Shown: piece after piece, positions 40,432 to 50,751 of the stretch | Layout of the letters: each line of letters begins with the position of its first letter | Position numbering within the stretch: position 1 is the stretch's first letter | Assembly (NCBI GenBank): GCA_965197905.1 | Contig: CBDAOB010000005.1 | Coordinates: 2,400,001-2,464,000, forward strand | Source: Candidatus Latescibacterota bacterium | GTDB taxonomy: Bacteria; Latescibacterota; UBA2968; UBA8231 | Length of the DNA: 64,000 nucleotides | Direction of reading: 5' to 3' | The notes under the pieces: generated by a model | Databases searched by the model: none | What the model was told of the DNA's origin: nothing | Seen by the model: only the letters and a program-made list of their open reading frames with translations | Translations under genes and position numbers: made by a program

Positions 40432-41994
40432 TTGCGATCCCTCATCTACGGTTTAACCGTCTTTTTCTCTGCGGCACTTGCGGGGTGCGACACCCCACCT
40501 GCCGACGTGTTGATCTTTGGCCGCGGGTCGGATTCGATCGGCCTTGATCCTGCTCTCGAAAACGATGGCGAGTCGTTCAAGGTCTGCGACAACATCTATG
40601 AAACGCTGGTTCAATACGCCGCTGGAAACACGTCGGTAGAACCACTTCTTGCCACTTCCTGGGAGGTCTCATCCGACCGCCTGGTCTGGACCTTTCGGTT
40701 GCGCTCCGGCGTCCAGTTCCACGACGGCACCGCATTCGATGCCGCGGCGATGAAGTTTTCACTAGACAGACAGTTCGTGAAAGATCATCCTTATCACGAC
40801 GTAGAGGGGGCCTTCAAATACTGGAAGGATATGGGCATGGACGCCATCGTCGAGCAGATCGCTGCTCCCGACGACAGCACCCTGGTGATCTCTCTCGGCC
40901 AACCCAACGCTCCATTCCTGTCCAACCTGGCGATGAACTTCACCGCTGCGGTGAGCCCGACAGCGGTACGGCGGTATGGAGACGACTTCTTCAAGAACCC
41001 CGTGGGTACGGGACCGTTTCGTTTCGTCGAATGGCGCAAGGATGAACGCATCGTGCTGCAACGAAACGAGAGCTATTGGGGACGCGTCCCAGAACTCCAG
41101 CGGTTGATATTCAAGCCGATTCAGGATGCCTCGGTGCGGTACCTGGAGCTCAAGACCGGTGCCATTCACGGCCTGGACAACCTGAGCCCCGAATTCATCG
41201 ACGAGATTCGCCAGAATCCCGAGCTGCGGCTGCTCGAGCAGGCAGGCATGAACACCGGCTATCTGGCAATGAACATGGAGCGCCCACCGTTCGACAATCG
41301 GCTGGTTCGCCTGGCCATAAACCACGCAATCGACAAGAATTCACTGGCAGCAAACTTCTACCAAGGGTTGGCGACTCCCGCAAAGAATCCGATCCCTCCG
41401 ACCATGTGGGGGTACAACGATACGATCGTAGCCTACCCACACGACCCGGCGAGGGCGCGAGAGCTCCTCGCCGAAGCCGGATACCCCAACGGTTTCGATA
41501 CGGAGCTATGGGCCATGCCTGTGCCGCGACCGTACATGCCGCAGCCGGACAAGATTGCCCAGGCGCTGCAATCGGATTTAAGCGAGGTGGGCATCCGCAG
41601 CAAGATCGTCCAGTGGGAGTGGGGAACCTACCTCGACAAGGTGTCCGCCGGCGAACATTCGATGGCTCTCTTGGGGTGGACGGGAGACAACGGCGATCCG
41701 GACAATTTTCTGTTCGTCCTGTTGGACAAAACCGCTGCGGAGAAACCCGCCCAGAATATCGCCTTCTACCGTAGCGATGAGCTGCACGAAATTCTCGTTC
41801 GCGCCCGCCAAATGCCATCCCAGGCAGAGCGGGAGGTTTTATATCGCCGCGCCCAGGAACTGGTTCACCACGACGTTCCCTGGGTACCTCTGGTTCATGC
41901 CACCCAGACTGCTGCCTTCCAGAGGGTCGTCCGGGGGTTCGCGCTGCACCCCACCGGAAGCAAGTGGTTTCAAAACGTGCACTTCGCGCCTTGA
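40432..41994 (+). CDS. dppA: Peptide ABC transporter substrate-binding lipoprotein (family 5, DppA-like)
   Basis: Lipobox LAGC, PLLATSW, FHDGT, PVGTGPF, WAMPVPRPYMP, GWTGDNGDPDNF. Confidence 0.9.
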   Translation: MRSLIYGLTVFFSAALAGCDTPPADVLIFGRGSDSIGLDPALENDGESFKVCDNIYETLVQYAAGNTSVEPLLATSWEVSSDRLVWTFRLRSGVQFHDGTAFDAAAMKFSLDRQFVKDHPYHDVEGAFKYWKDMGMDAIVEQIAAPDDSTLVISLGQPNAPFLSNLAMNFTAAVSPTAVRRYGDDFFKNPVGTGPFRFVEWRKDERIVLQRNESYWGRVPELQRLIFKPIQDASVRYLELKTGAIHGLDNLSPEFIDEIRQNPELRLLEQAGMNTGYLAMNMERPPFDNRLVRLAINHAIDKNSLAANFYQGLATPAKNPIPPTMWGYNDTIVAYPHDPARARELLAEAGYPNGFDTELWAMPVPRPYMPQPDKIAQALQSDLSEVGIRSKIVQWEWGTYLDKVSAGEHSMALLGWTGDNGDPDNFLFVLLDKTAAEKPAQNIAFYRSDELHEILVRARQMPSQAEREVLYRRAQELVHHDVPWVPLVHATQTAAFQRVVRGFALHPTGSKWFQNVHFAP

Positions 41995-42001
41995 CGCCCT
42001 C

Positions 42002-42164
42002 GCAGCCCGTGGTGAAAGGCACTTGGGATAGCAAGGCCGTGGAATTGCAGCCGAGATCGAGGCGTGTGAGTGAGACGCATCAGAGAGATGCAGCGATCGA
42101 GCACAACGCAGAGATCGGCTGCAAGGGCCGGCCGGAGCCCGAATGGCTTTTTGCCACGGGCCGC
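42002..42164. mobile_element. Degenerate MITE/REP-like folded element between dppA and dppB
   Basis: Imperfect terminal IR (GCAGCCCGTGGTGAAAG versus reverse complement GCGGCCCGTGGCAAAAA) with a nested perfect IR TTGCAGCCGA/TCGGCTGCAA. Confidence 0.45.
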
Positions 42165-42170
42165 TAATCT

Positions 42171-43178
42171 ATGCTCAGCTACATCTTTGGGCGACTGACC
42201 ATACTGGTGCCAACGCTGCTGTGCATTTCGCTGCTCGTCTTCCTGATGATTTACCTCGTACCGGGCGATCCAGCCCAGGTAATGCTGGGAGAGCGCGCCA
42301 ACGCCGAAACACTTGCAGCCCTGCGAAAAGAGATGGGGCTGGATCAGCCGTGGTACGTCCAGTTCGGTAGATTCTTCGGCGGTCTGATTCAGGGGGACCT
42401 GGGCCGTTCAATCCGCACCCATGAAAGGATCTCCACCGAGATCCTGCAGCGCTTCCCGGCGACATGCGAGCTCACATTCACCAGCATGATTCTTGCTACC
42501 GTCGGCGGCACCCTCGCCGGTATCTTGGCCGCGGCACGCAGGGCGCGTTTCTTGGACTACCTCAGCATGGCCGTTTCCACCGCGGGAATCTCCATACCCA
42601 TATTCTGGCTCGGTTTGATGTTGATGCTGCTCTTGGCCGTGTACCTTCCGGCGTTTCCGATCTCGGGAAGGAGCAGTCCCCATATCTTCCTCGAGATGCG
42701 CTCCAACTTCTACCTGCTCGACGCTATTCTCGCGGGCAGCTGGAGAGGGCTGGTGGATGCCATGTGGCACCTGGTCCTGCCTGCCCTTACGCTCAGTACT
42801 GTGCCAATGGCGGTGATCGCCAGGATGACGCGGGCCAGTCTGCTCGAGGTGCTGGGTGAAGATTACATACGCACGGCGCGATCGAAGGGCCTGTCTGCAG
42901 GCATGGTGTTGATCCGACATGCCATCAAGAACGCCTACATTCCGTCGTTGACCGTCCTGGCGTTGCAATTCGGATATCTTCTGGGAGGAGCGATCCTCAC
43001 GGAAACGATATTCGCCTGGCCCGGTCTCGGTCGCTGGTTGTTCCTTGCGGTTCAGGCCAGGGATTTTCGCGCCGTGCAGGGGGGCGTACTGTTCCTAGCG
43101 ACGCTGTTCATCCTGATCAACCTCGCTGCGGATGTCCTCTATGCCTGGTTGGATCCGCGCATAAAGTACAGCAAATAA
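42171..43178 (+). CDS. dppB: Peptide ABC transporter permease (DppB-like)
   Basis: PGDPA, GDLGRS, HLVLPALTL, DYIRTARSKGL, ETIFAWPGLG, LDPRI. Confidence 0.92.
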   Translation: MLSYIFGRLTILVPTLLCISLLVFLMIYLVPGDPAQVMLGERANAETLAALRKEMGLDQPWYVQFGRFFGGLIQGDLGRSIRTHERISTEILQRFPATCELTFTSMILATVGGTLAGILAAARRARFLDYLSMAVSTAGISIPIFWLGLMLMLLLAVYLPAFPISGRSSPHIFLEMRSNFYLLDAILAGSWRGLVDAMWHLVLPALTLSTVPMAVIARMTRASLLEVLGEDYIRTARSKGLSAGMVLIRHAIKNAYIPSLTVLALQFGYLLGGAILTETIFAWPGLGRWLFLAVQARDFRAVQGGVLFLATLFILINLAADVLYAWLDPRIKYSK

Positions 43179-43185
43179 TCGGCGA

Positions 43186-43944
43186 TCAATCGGTTTCCCC
43201 CGCTCGCGCCGCCGCCAGTGGTATTCCACGCAGAAACTCCTCCCGGGGGATGCCTCCATTGAGATGGATTTCTCCGTACTCGAGCTGGAGATGGTTGTCG
43301 CCCTGCCGTACAGACATTTTGCCGGGCAAATACGAATCGCCCAGCCGTCTGTAGGCAGTCATTTCCCGAACCCAGATCGCTCGTGGCGATTCGAATCGCT
43401 CTGCCACAATAAAACCTCGAAACAGATCGACGGTCACGGTTCTGGAGGCTTCAGCGTGTGCGATCGGTACGATGGCGCGGTCTGCCCTTGGGTAAGCCAC
43501 CGAGCGGGTTGAATCGATCCGGGCGGGTTGCACGACACCCAGTAGCAGGTACCCCAAATCGTACCCGCCCAAATCGATACCGATCATTCTTCGCAGAGAT
43601 GTATTCGGGTCGCCCTTCCAACTCCCTTCGCGCGTTATTACGGTGAGGGAATCGTCGTGCATCACGGCGGTTAGGATATGCGAAAAAAGCGGACCGCGCA
43701 CGTCGAATCGGAACATGTCCGGCTTCGCATAGAGCAAGAGTGCCGTCGCCCGCTCGTCGCGCCCCTCCACACGCAAAGAGACTTGAGCTCGCAGCTTCAG
43801 ATCCTCAATCCGAGAAAACTGTTTGTGGTGGGCAGCCAGGAGTGTGGCCAGATCGCCGTTCGGTTTCCAGTGTTTAAACAACACTGCAGGCTGCCCGCAG
43901 CCGATCGCCAAGGCCAGGCAACCGAATGCGGTCAGGCGAACCAA
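43186..43944 (-). CDS. DUF4292/LolB-like lipoprotein
   Basis: Start at TTG 43944 right after the TPR stop; lipobox LAIGC; KPDMFRFDVRGPL motif; TPR-LolB-like gene order. Confidence 0.6.
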   Translation of the reverse strand: MVRLTAFGCLALAIGCGQPAVLFKHWKPNGDLATLLAAHHKQFSRIEDLKLRAQVSLRVEGRDERATALLLYAKPDMFRFDVRGPLFSHILTAVMHDDSLTVITREGSWKGDPNTSLRRMIGIDLGGYDLGYLLLGVVQPARIDSTRSVAYPRADRAIVPIAHAEASRTVTVDLFRGFIVAERFESPRAIWVREMTAYRRLGDSYLPGKMSVRQGDNHLQLEYGEIHLNGGIPREEFLRGIPLAAARAGETD

Positions 43945-43945
43945 T

Positions 43946-45869
43946 TCAGGGTGCTTGAATGGCGAGCTTGTTTTTGAGATCCTGATTCTCCGGGGCAAGC
44001 TCGAGGGCTCGGGTCCAGTGAGTCACGGCCTGGGAGAGATCGCCCAGGGCGTACGCAATATCTCCCGCGTGGTCGAATATGATCGCTTGATCGGCGGCGT
44101 TAGCTTCATGTTCCTCTTCCCCTTCCATCTTGCTCAGCGCCCGCGCCATGAAGTGGTATGCGCGCTCGACATCACCCGAACGAAAATAGGCCCAGCCCAA
44201 ACTGTCGAGAAAAGCGCTATTGTCGGGATCGAGCGAAACCGCTCGCGTAAGCAACTCAACCGCTTTGTCCAGGCGAGTGCCGCCGTCTGCAAACATGTAG
44301 CCGAGGTAGTTCAGAGCATACGCGTCTTGAGGATCAATGCGAAGCAGCCGTTCGAAGGCCTCTACAGCCGCGTCGAAGTAGTCGGAACGCCCGGTCTCGC
44401 GAGACGCCAGCTCGAAGCAGCTTCCCAAGTAGAACAATCCCCGGGTGTCGTCGGCGTCCAACTGGGAAGCCCTCTCGAGTTTGGTGACCGCTCCTTCCCA
44501 CCTCTTGAGGCGTTGCAGAGCCAATCCCCAGTGTAGAAATACGTCCGCCGAGAGCGAGTCCAACTCCGCCGCGCGGGCGTAGCGTGCCAACGCTTCCTCC
44601 CACCGATCCTGTTTGGTCAGCACGATGCCCCATCGGAGATGGAAGTCGGGACCTTGCGGATCTATATCGAGCGCCCGCTCGTACACCGAAAGCGCCTCGG
44701 GCCACCGCCGCTGCTGCTCGAGCGCCAGTCCCCAGAAAAGGTGTAGCTCCATCTCTTCCGGATGCCGCTCGAGCCCCCGAATGTAGACTTGGATAGCCTG
44801 CTCATAACGATTTGCACGCTCCAATGCAGTGCCCCAGAACAAGAATATCTCGGTGCTGTCGGGCATCGCCCGGACAGCCCGATCCATTACCGTATCGAGC
44901 CGCTCGTAGTCTTCCTTGTAGATGTAATACCTGGCAACATCCAGCCATCTCATCAACCGTTTGCGGCTCCATCGCCACTATGTATTCGAACACCCGAACG
45001 GCCTCTTTGAATCTGCCGGCTTCGGAAAGAGCGATGCCGAGGCGATACAGAAAACGGGGGGCCTCTTCCCGCATGATCTGGTCGAGTCCGGAATCGCCAT
45101 CGATGTGTCGCGCCAGCTCGTGATAAAACACGCTGCTTTCCGGTAAGACGCGGGCGGCCTTTCGGTACTGCGCTACTCCCTCTTCCTTATGTCCGCGCGC
45201 GATCTGAACCTCTGCCAAGCCCAACCAGGCGTTTTCCACTTCTGGGTGAGCCCGCACCACCTCTCTAAACACGCGCTCCGCTTTCTTGCTGTTCCCGCTG
45301 CGAGAAAGGACGTAAGCGATGTTGACTCGCACCTCGGAAGGGGTATCAACGCGCTTTAAGGCGCGATCGAAGAGGGGCTCTATCTTCTTGCCCTGGTTTG
45401 TTTCCAGATAGAGATGAACCAAGCGGAAGTAGAGCCGCCAGTTGGCCGGCTCCATCTCCAGCAACTTTTCGATTTCCCTGGCGGCTTCCGCCTTCTGACC
45501 CGTACGCCGGTACACCCGCAACAGCATGCGGCGCAGATCCGCCCGCTCCGGGTCGATATCAAGTGCCCTTTCGGCGAAGATCAGCGCCATGCGGTCGTCG
45601 CGAATCACCTCGTAGTTGCGGGCCAATTGCGCGAATATCGTTGCGGATGTCGGATCCAGATCCGCGGCGTTTCTGAGGGCCACGATGGCCCCGTGGTGAT
45701 CCTTCTTGGCTTCGAACACCTTTGCCTTCAGGAAGTATTGCATCGCCTCTCTCTGGTGCTGCTCCGCCTCTTGGCTCCCCGATCCGGAAAGCAGAGGAAT
45801 CCTGGCGGCGCACCCCAAGCCACCCTGTAGTAAGAGAATACCCAAGACGATATTCGAAGCGCGGAACAT
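43946..45869 (-). pseudogene. TPR lipoprotein split by a 1-nt frameshift (about 640 aa if joined; may be a sequencing error)
   Basis: ORFs 44802-45869 and 43946-44956 join as ..EPQTVDE|WLDVARYY.. if one base near 44948 is removed; C-terminal ALNYLGY..AFLDSLGWAYF typical of this TPR family. Confidence 0.7.
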
Positions 45870-45875
45870 CCCGTC

Positions 45876-46724
45876 CTATTCCCGTGAGACAAACCTGCGT
45901 GGATCCAATGCATCGCGAAGGCCGTCACCGAGTAGGTTCAAGCCCAGCACAACTATAAATATAGCCATTCCGGGAAAAGCCATCACCCAGGGAGCCTTCA
46001 AAAGAAGCTCCCGACCGCCGGACAACATCGACCCCCATTCGGGCGTCGGAGGTTGAGCACCCAATCCGAGAAAACTCAAGCCGGCGGCGTCGAGCATCGC
46101 CGTTCCGAGACTCAGGGTGGTCTGTACGATCAGCGGAGCCAGACAGTTGGGCAAGACGCCCCGCAGCATGAGCCTGAGCTCGCCGCTGCCCAGGGCCCTG
46201 GTTGCCTCGATGTAGGCCATTTCCCGAACCGATAGCGCGGACGCCCGCACGAGCCGGGCGAATTGAGGCACCATCACGATGCTGACAGCTATCATGACGT
46301 TCTCGATGCCCGGTCCGATGATCGCCACGATGGCGATGGCAAGGAGGATGCTGGGGAACGCCAACAGGATGTCCATAAAACGCATGGATAAGGAATCGAC
46401 TACACCACCCCGGTAACCGGCGACGAGTCCGATCGCCGAGCCGGCCAGCAAGGCGACCGAGATGGATATGAGCCCGATGCGTAGCGAGATGCGCGAACCG
46501 AATATGACCCGGCTCAGAATGTCCCTGCCGAAATCGTCCGTGCCGAGTGGATATGTGATAGAGGGACTCTGGAGGCGATTGTAGAGATCTTGCCGCAGCG
46601 GGTCCTGGGGTGCGAGAAGGGGCGCCAGGAGAGCAACGATCAGCAGAGCGCCAACGACGGAGGCGCCGCATAGGGCAAGACGGTGTTGACGGAGGTGAAG
46701 CCAGGTAGCGCGGAACAGGTTCAC
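45876..46724 (-). CDS. dppC: Peptide ABC transporter permease (DppC-like)
   Basis: LGTDDFGRDILSR, YIEATRALG, LSFLGLGAQPPTPEWG, GDGLRDALDP. Confidence 0.92.
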   Translation of the reverse strand: MNLFRATWLHLRQHRLALCGASVVGALLIVALLAPLLAPQDPLRQDLYNRLQSPSITYPLGTDDFGRDILSRVIFGSRISLRIGLISISVALLAGSAIGLVAGYRGGVVDSLSMRFMDILLAFPSILLAIAIVAIIGPGIENVMIAVSIVMVPQFARLVRASALSVREMAYIEATRALGSGELRLMLRGVLPNCLAPLIVQTTLSLGTAMLDAAGLSFLGLGAQPPTPEWGSMLSGGRELLLKAPWVMAFPGMAIFIVVLGLNLLGDGLRDALDPRRFVSRE

Positions 46725-47683
46725 CGCTCCTTGTTGATGACTTCCTCCACCACAGTCTGCAGATGCTTCAGACTAACCGGCTTGTCGATGAATCCGTCGA
46801 ATTCGTGATTGCTTATCTCGGCGGCATCGACATAACCGGACACGGCGAGCACGGGCAGATCCGGAAACTGACCGCGTAGGTTTGCGAGCAGCGCGAACCC
46901 ATCCATATTGGGCATGCGAATATCGGTCAGAACCAGATTGAGCTGCTCTTCGCGCACGACGTCGAGTGCCGACTGACCGTCGTCGGCTTCGAGGACCATA
47001 TAGTACGGCAATGCCCGCTTCACAAGATTGCGAAACTCCGCTTCGTCGTCGACGACAAGAATGCGGGGAATGAGATCCTTAACCTGGTCGTTGATCTGGA
47101 GATCGACTTCATCGCGACTGACATCCCCGCAGTTCGCCGCGAGCTCGACCGCCGCATTGGTGCGGGCCTCCTGTTGGTCCAACTGACGTTGTAAAACGCT
47201 GATCTGCCCTTGAAATCGATCCCGCTCGATCTGATAGTCTCGCAATCGCACATTGTCGTTGTTGAGCTTTCCCGACATCACGTCTATGATGTTGCGATAA
47301 ACGGTGGCGCGCATCTCCCGATCTTCCTTCATACTGTGGTCGAAGGTCGCTTTGCGCAACGTAAAGACGTTGCTCGGCTTGCTGACCTCCACGGTGGCGG
47401 AACGGGGTTCGCCGGTTATGACGCCCATCTCGCCGACGGTTGTAACCGGGAGTATGGTCGCCACCTTTACCCCTTCCGCAGTGACTACCACCAGCTCGCC
47501 GGCAAGCAGAATATACATCTCATCGCTGGGCGAGTTGCTCTGGCAGATCTTCTCTTCAGGCTGGCAGGTTCGGTGACTGCACAACGACAGGATCGTTCGC
47601 ACGTGCGATGGCGAAAGCCCCTTGAAGATTGGGATCTTCCGTAGCACCTGAACGAGAAGCTTTTCCTTGGATTCAGAGGGCAT
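46721..47683 (-). CDS. cNMP-binding + coiled-coil + receiver-domain protein
   Basis: Start at MPSESK (47683); VGEMGVITGEPRSATV; receiver ILVVDDE..LTDIRMPNMDG..VSG..DKP; GTGA overlap with dppC. Confidence 0.85.
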   Translation of the reverse strand: MPSESKEKLLVQVLRKIPIFKGLSPSHVRTILSLCSHRTCQPEEKICQSNSPSDEMYILLAGELVVVTAEGVKVATILPVTTVGEMGVITGEPRSATVEVSKPSNVFTLRKATFDHSMKEDREMRATVYRNIIDVMSGKLNNDNVRLRDYQIERDRFQGQISVLQRQLDQQEARTNAAVELAANCGDVSRDEVDLQINDQVKDLIPRILVVDDEAEFRNLVKRALPYYMVLEADDGQSALDVVREEQLNLVLTDIRMPNMDGFALLANLRGQFPDLPVLAVSGYVDAAEISNHEFDGFIDKPVSLKHLQTVVEEVINKER

Positions 47684-47765
47684 TTGTAAATGGGATGAGG
47701 TTAGACAGAGAGGCGTTCCACGAAATATAACTTTTGCCCCTGGGCTTGCAAACGCTCGCGGTTGG

Positions 47766-48413
47766 TCAGGCCTCAGTGACTGCTCCATGACTGCGGAGGT
47801 GTTGGTGATCATGGGACCGATGCACCAGAACGTGCAACAGCGACCCCGCCACCAATGCCCGAAAACAGGCAACCGCGGGACGGCCCGCCTCGCCAAAAGG
47901 AAGGTCGCCTGCCAGAAACCCGACACCGGTGGCGATGCCCACCACCGACAGTGCGGCAACCGCTATCGGCTTGCCATGATTGGAGGAAACCAGAAACCAG
48001 ACCGCCATCCCTGCAGGAATCCGGTGCAACACTACGGCGAGCGGCAACGTTTCTATAGACTTGACGCCAGTAGGGGCGGCGATCGCCATGCCGTCTATGA
48101 AGCCGTGAAGCGTGATCCCCGCGACCGCCAGCAGCAAGGCGGCAGCGTGGGCACGGGTCGCCAGGTGGTGGAGTTTTCTCTCCACCAATGATGGAACCGC
48201 CAGACCGGCTGCAGCGCATGCGACGGCCCACACGCCACCCTCCACTATGACGTCTGGAAGGATGTGGAGTAGAACCAGTAAACCTACCGCGACGGTGACA
48301 ACGGCATTTACCGACTTCAACAGGTGGGGTACGCGGTGAGCCAAGTGTTGTAGGAGGGGACCGGCGGCAAGCACCAGAATGCTCAGAAGGAGATAGCGGA
48401 GATCAACCGGCAT
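47766..48413 (-). CDS. ZIP-like metal permease
   Basis: Multiple TMs with LHGFIDG and VLHRIPAG motifs and a His-rich tail; start at MPVDL. Confidence 0.65.
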   Translation of the reverse strand: MPVDLRYLLLSILVLAAGPLLQHLAHRVPHLLKSVNAVVTVAVGLLVLLHILPDVIVEGGVWAVACAAAGLAVPSLVERKLHHLATRAHAAALLLAVAGITLHGFIDGMAIAAPTGVKSIETLPLAVVLHRIPAGMAVWFLVSSNHGKPIAVAALSVVGIATGVGFLAGDLPFGEAGRPAVACFRALVAGSLLHVLVHRSHDHQHLRSHGAVTEA

Positions 48414-48676
48414 CGTTGCTGCCAGAGCGCCTTGAGCTTGTTTGCATGTGACACAGTCACCTTTAGGAAAATGGTGTTCAAATGTAAGGCCTGCGCGGTG
48501 CCGCAACCACAGACGGCTAGTTTGCCGCTGGCTTCGCCTCTTCCTATCATAGATCTGCCCTTCCCCCCAACTCGAACTCTTCCCTCTAGGCCGCCCATCA
48601 TCTCAATGCCTCGTCCTTCGGACATACTCTGCCACCCGACCGATCCCGCCATTCAGGCAACCATCGCGCGGCTGCC

Positions 48677-50005
48677 ATGACCCTGGAGCAAGTCAGCGGA
48701 TGGGGAAGATTTCCGCGATTGGTGGCGCGCGTGGAGCGCGCAAGATTCCACGGGGATCTGGTTCGACGCTCCAGAGAAGCCGAACCGCTCCTGGCCTTGG
48801 GCAGCGGCAGGAGCTACGGCGACGCCTGCATTTTCGAGAATCTGGTATCCACGCTCCATCTCAATCATCTTCTCGAGTTTGACGAAGCAACGGGGCTACT
48901 AAGGGTCGAAGCGGGCGCGACTCTCGAGAAAATCTTGCGTTTTGGCGTTCCACGCGGATGGTTCCTTCCCGTTACACCGGGCACGAAATTCCCGACCCTT
49001 GGAGGCTGTATAGCCGCGGACGTGCACGGCAAGAATCATCATGTGGATGGGTCGATCGCGAGATTCGTTCTAGAGCTGGAGATGGTGTTGGCAGACGGTC
49101 ACAGCCTGCGCTGCTCGGCAACGGAGAACGGCGATCTGTTTGAAGCGACCGTCGGAGGCATGGGACTGACCGGATTTATCTACGCTGCGACGCTCCAGCT
49201 GCGGCAAATCTCCTCGGCTTACATCTCCATGCGTTCGATCAAAACGACCGGCTTCGCGGAGACCTGTGACGTCTTGAAAGACACGGCAAGTGAGTACGCC
49301 TATTCTGTTGCCTGGGTAGATTGTCTTGCTGCAGGCAAACGACTGGGTAAGGGCATCGTGCACCTGGGAAATCATGCGACCCCTGGTACTGAGCAGGGAG
49401 AAGCACTCGCACTGCATCGTCCCCAGCGGTTCTCCTTGCCATTCACGTTGCCTCACTTCGTGCTGAACGGACGGAACGTCCGCCTCTTCAACAGATTGTA
49501 TTACCTCAGACACAGCAGTCACCGGGATGAGCGGCTCATTCATTATGATCCGTTCTTCTACCCCCTCGACTCGTTAGGACATTGGAATCGGCTCTACGGG
49601 CGCGACGGGTTCGTGCAGTATCAGTTCGTTGTCCCGCTGGAGGGCGGGCGTCTGGTGATGGAGAAGATTCTGGCGAAGATAGCATCCCAGGGGAACGCAT
49701 CGTTCCTGGCTGTGCTCAAGACCTTTGGACCCGGGCGGGGACTCCTTTCCTTCCCGATAGAAGGTTATACTCTGGCGCTGGATTTCCCACTGCGGTCAGG
49801 GGTGACGGTAGCTTTCCTGCACCGGTTGGACACGGAGATTTCCGCAGCCGGGGGGCGCGTATACCTGGCCAAAGATGCCGTTTTGCAGCGCCATGATTTC
49901 GAAGCGATGTATCCGCAGATCGATGACTTCAAGGCCATCAAAGAGAAATACGACCCAACGAACCTATTCCGCTCAGCGCAGTCGATGAGGTTGGGGATTT
50001 CGTGA
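48677..50005 (+). CDS. FAD-binding oxidoreductase, DprE1-like
   Basis: GSGRSYGD, PVTPGT, DVHGKNHH, GGMGLTG, YSVAWVD, FFYPLD, QYQFV, SFLAVLK, GGRVYLAKD. Confidence 0.9.
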   Translation: MTLEQVSGWGRFPRLVARVERARFHGDLVRRSREAEPLLALGSGRSYGDACIFENLVSTLHLNHLLEFDEATGLLRVEAGATLEKILRFGVPRGWFLPVTPGTKFPTLGGCIAADVHGKNHHVDGSIARFVLELEMVLADGHSLRCSATENGDLFEATVGGMGLTGFIYAATLQLRQISSAYISMRSIKTTGFAETCDVLKDTASEYAYSVAWVDCLAAGKRLGKGIVHLGNHATPGTEQGEALALHRPQRFSLPFTLPHFVLNGRNVRLFNRLYYLRHSSHRDERLIHYDPFFYPLDSLGHWNRLYGRDGFVQYQFVVPLEGGRLVMEKILAKIASQGNASFLAVLKTFGPGRGLLSFPIEGYTLALDFPLRSGVTVAFLHRLDTEISAAGGRVYLAKDAVLQRHDFEAMYPQIDDFKAIKEKYDPTNLFRSAQSMRLGIS

Positions 50006-50748
50006 CCGACAGGACGTTGATTCTTGGCGCGAAGTCGGTCATCGCACACGCGCTCGCCACCCAATTGGCGCGAGCGGGCTCCGATCTCGTTCTGGCCGCC
50101 CGCCAGTGCCACGAGCTGCAGCCGTTCGCCACTGACTTGAACTTGCGCACCGGTCAGCGTATCGACCTGCTTGAGTTCGATATCCTGTCGTCACAGGGTG
50201 ACAGCGGCTTTGCCGATGAAGTCCGGTCCAAGTTTGGCGAGTTCGAGCTAGTGATTCTGGTCGTTGGTTACCTGGGCCAACACCAGGAAGCGATCGGCGG
50301 CGATCTTGAAGAGCTGGAGCGGATCATGGAAACGAACTTCACCGGCGCCGCACGGGTTTTGAGCGAACTCGCCAACTATTTGGAGGGGAGAGGAACGACG
50401 GGGGGCATAATCGGCATCTCCTCCGTGGCGGGAGACCGAGGTAGACAGAGCAACTACCTGTACGGCGCCGCCAAAGGAGGGCTTGCCATTTTTCTCCAGG
50501 GTCTGCGGAACCGGCTCGCATCAACGGTCGTACACGTCATGACCGTAAAGCCGGGGTTCGTCGATACCCCGATGACCGAGAATCTGGAGGGACTGTTTCT
50601 GGTGGCGTCGCCGGAGCGAGTTGCCCGAGATATCCTCCGCGCCTATGAGAAGAAGCAGGACATCCTCTACACGCCTTGGTTCTGGAGGTACATAATGTTG
50701 GTGATCAAATGCCTTCCGGAACGGGTGTTCAAGCGACTGAAGCTGTAG
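50002..50748 (+). CDS. Short-chain dehydrogenase, DprE2-like
   Basis: SSVAGDRGRQSNYLYGAAK, KPGFVDTPM; overlaps the DprE1-like stop. Confidence 0.88.
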   Translation: MTDRTLILGAKSVIAHALATQLARAGSDLVLAARQCHELQPFATDLNLRTGQRIDLLEFDILSSQGDSGFADEVRSKFGEFELVILVVGYLGQHQEAIGGDLEELERIMETNFTGAARVLSELANYLEGRGTTGGIIGISSVAGDRGRQSNYLYGAAKGGLAIFLQGLRNRLASTVVHVMTVKPGFVDTPMTENLEGLFLVASPERVARDILRAYEKKQDILYTPWFWRYIMLVIKCLPERVFKRLKL

Positions 50749-50751
50749 ATA

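Noticed and set aside
48448..48460. GTGAC-aca-GTCAC palindrome upstream of the ZIP-like gene (CRP-like)
   Set aside because: Short, with non-canonical spacing; could be chance.
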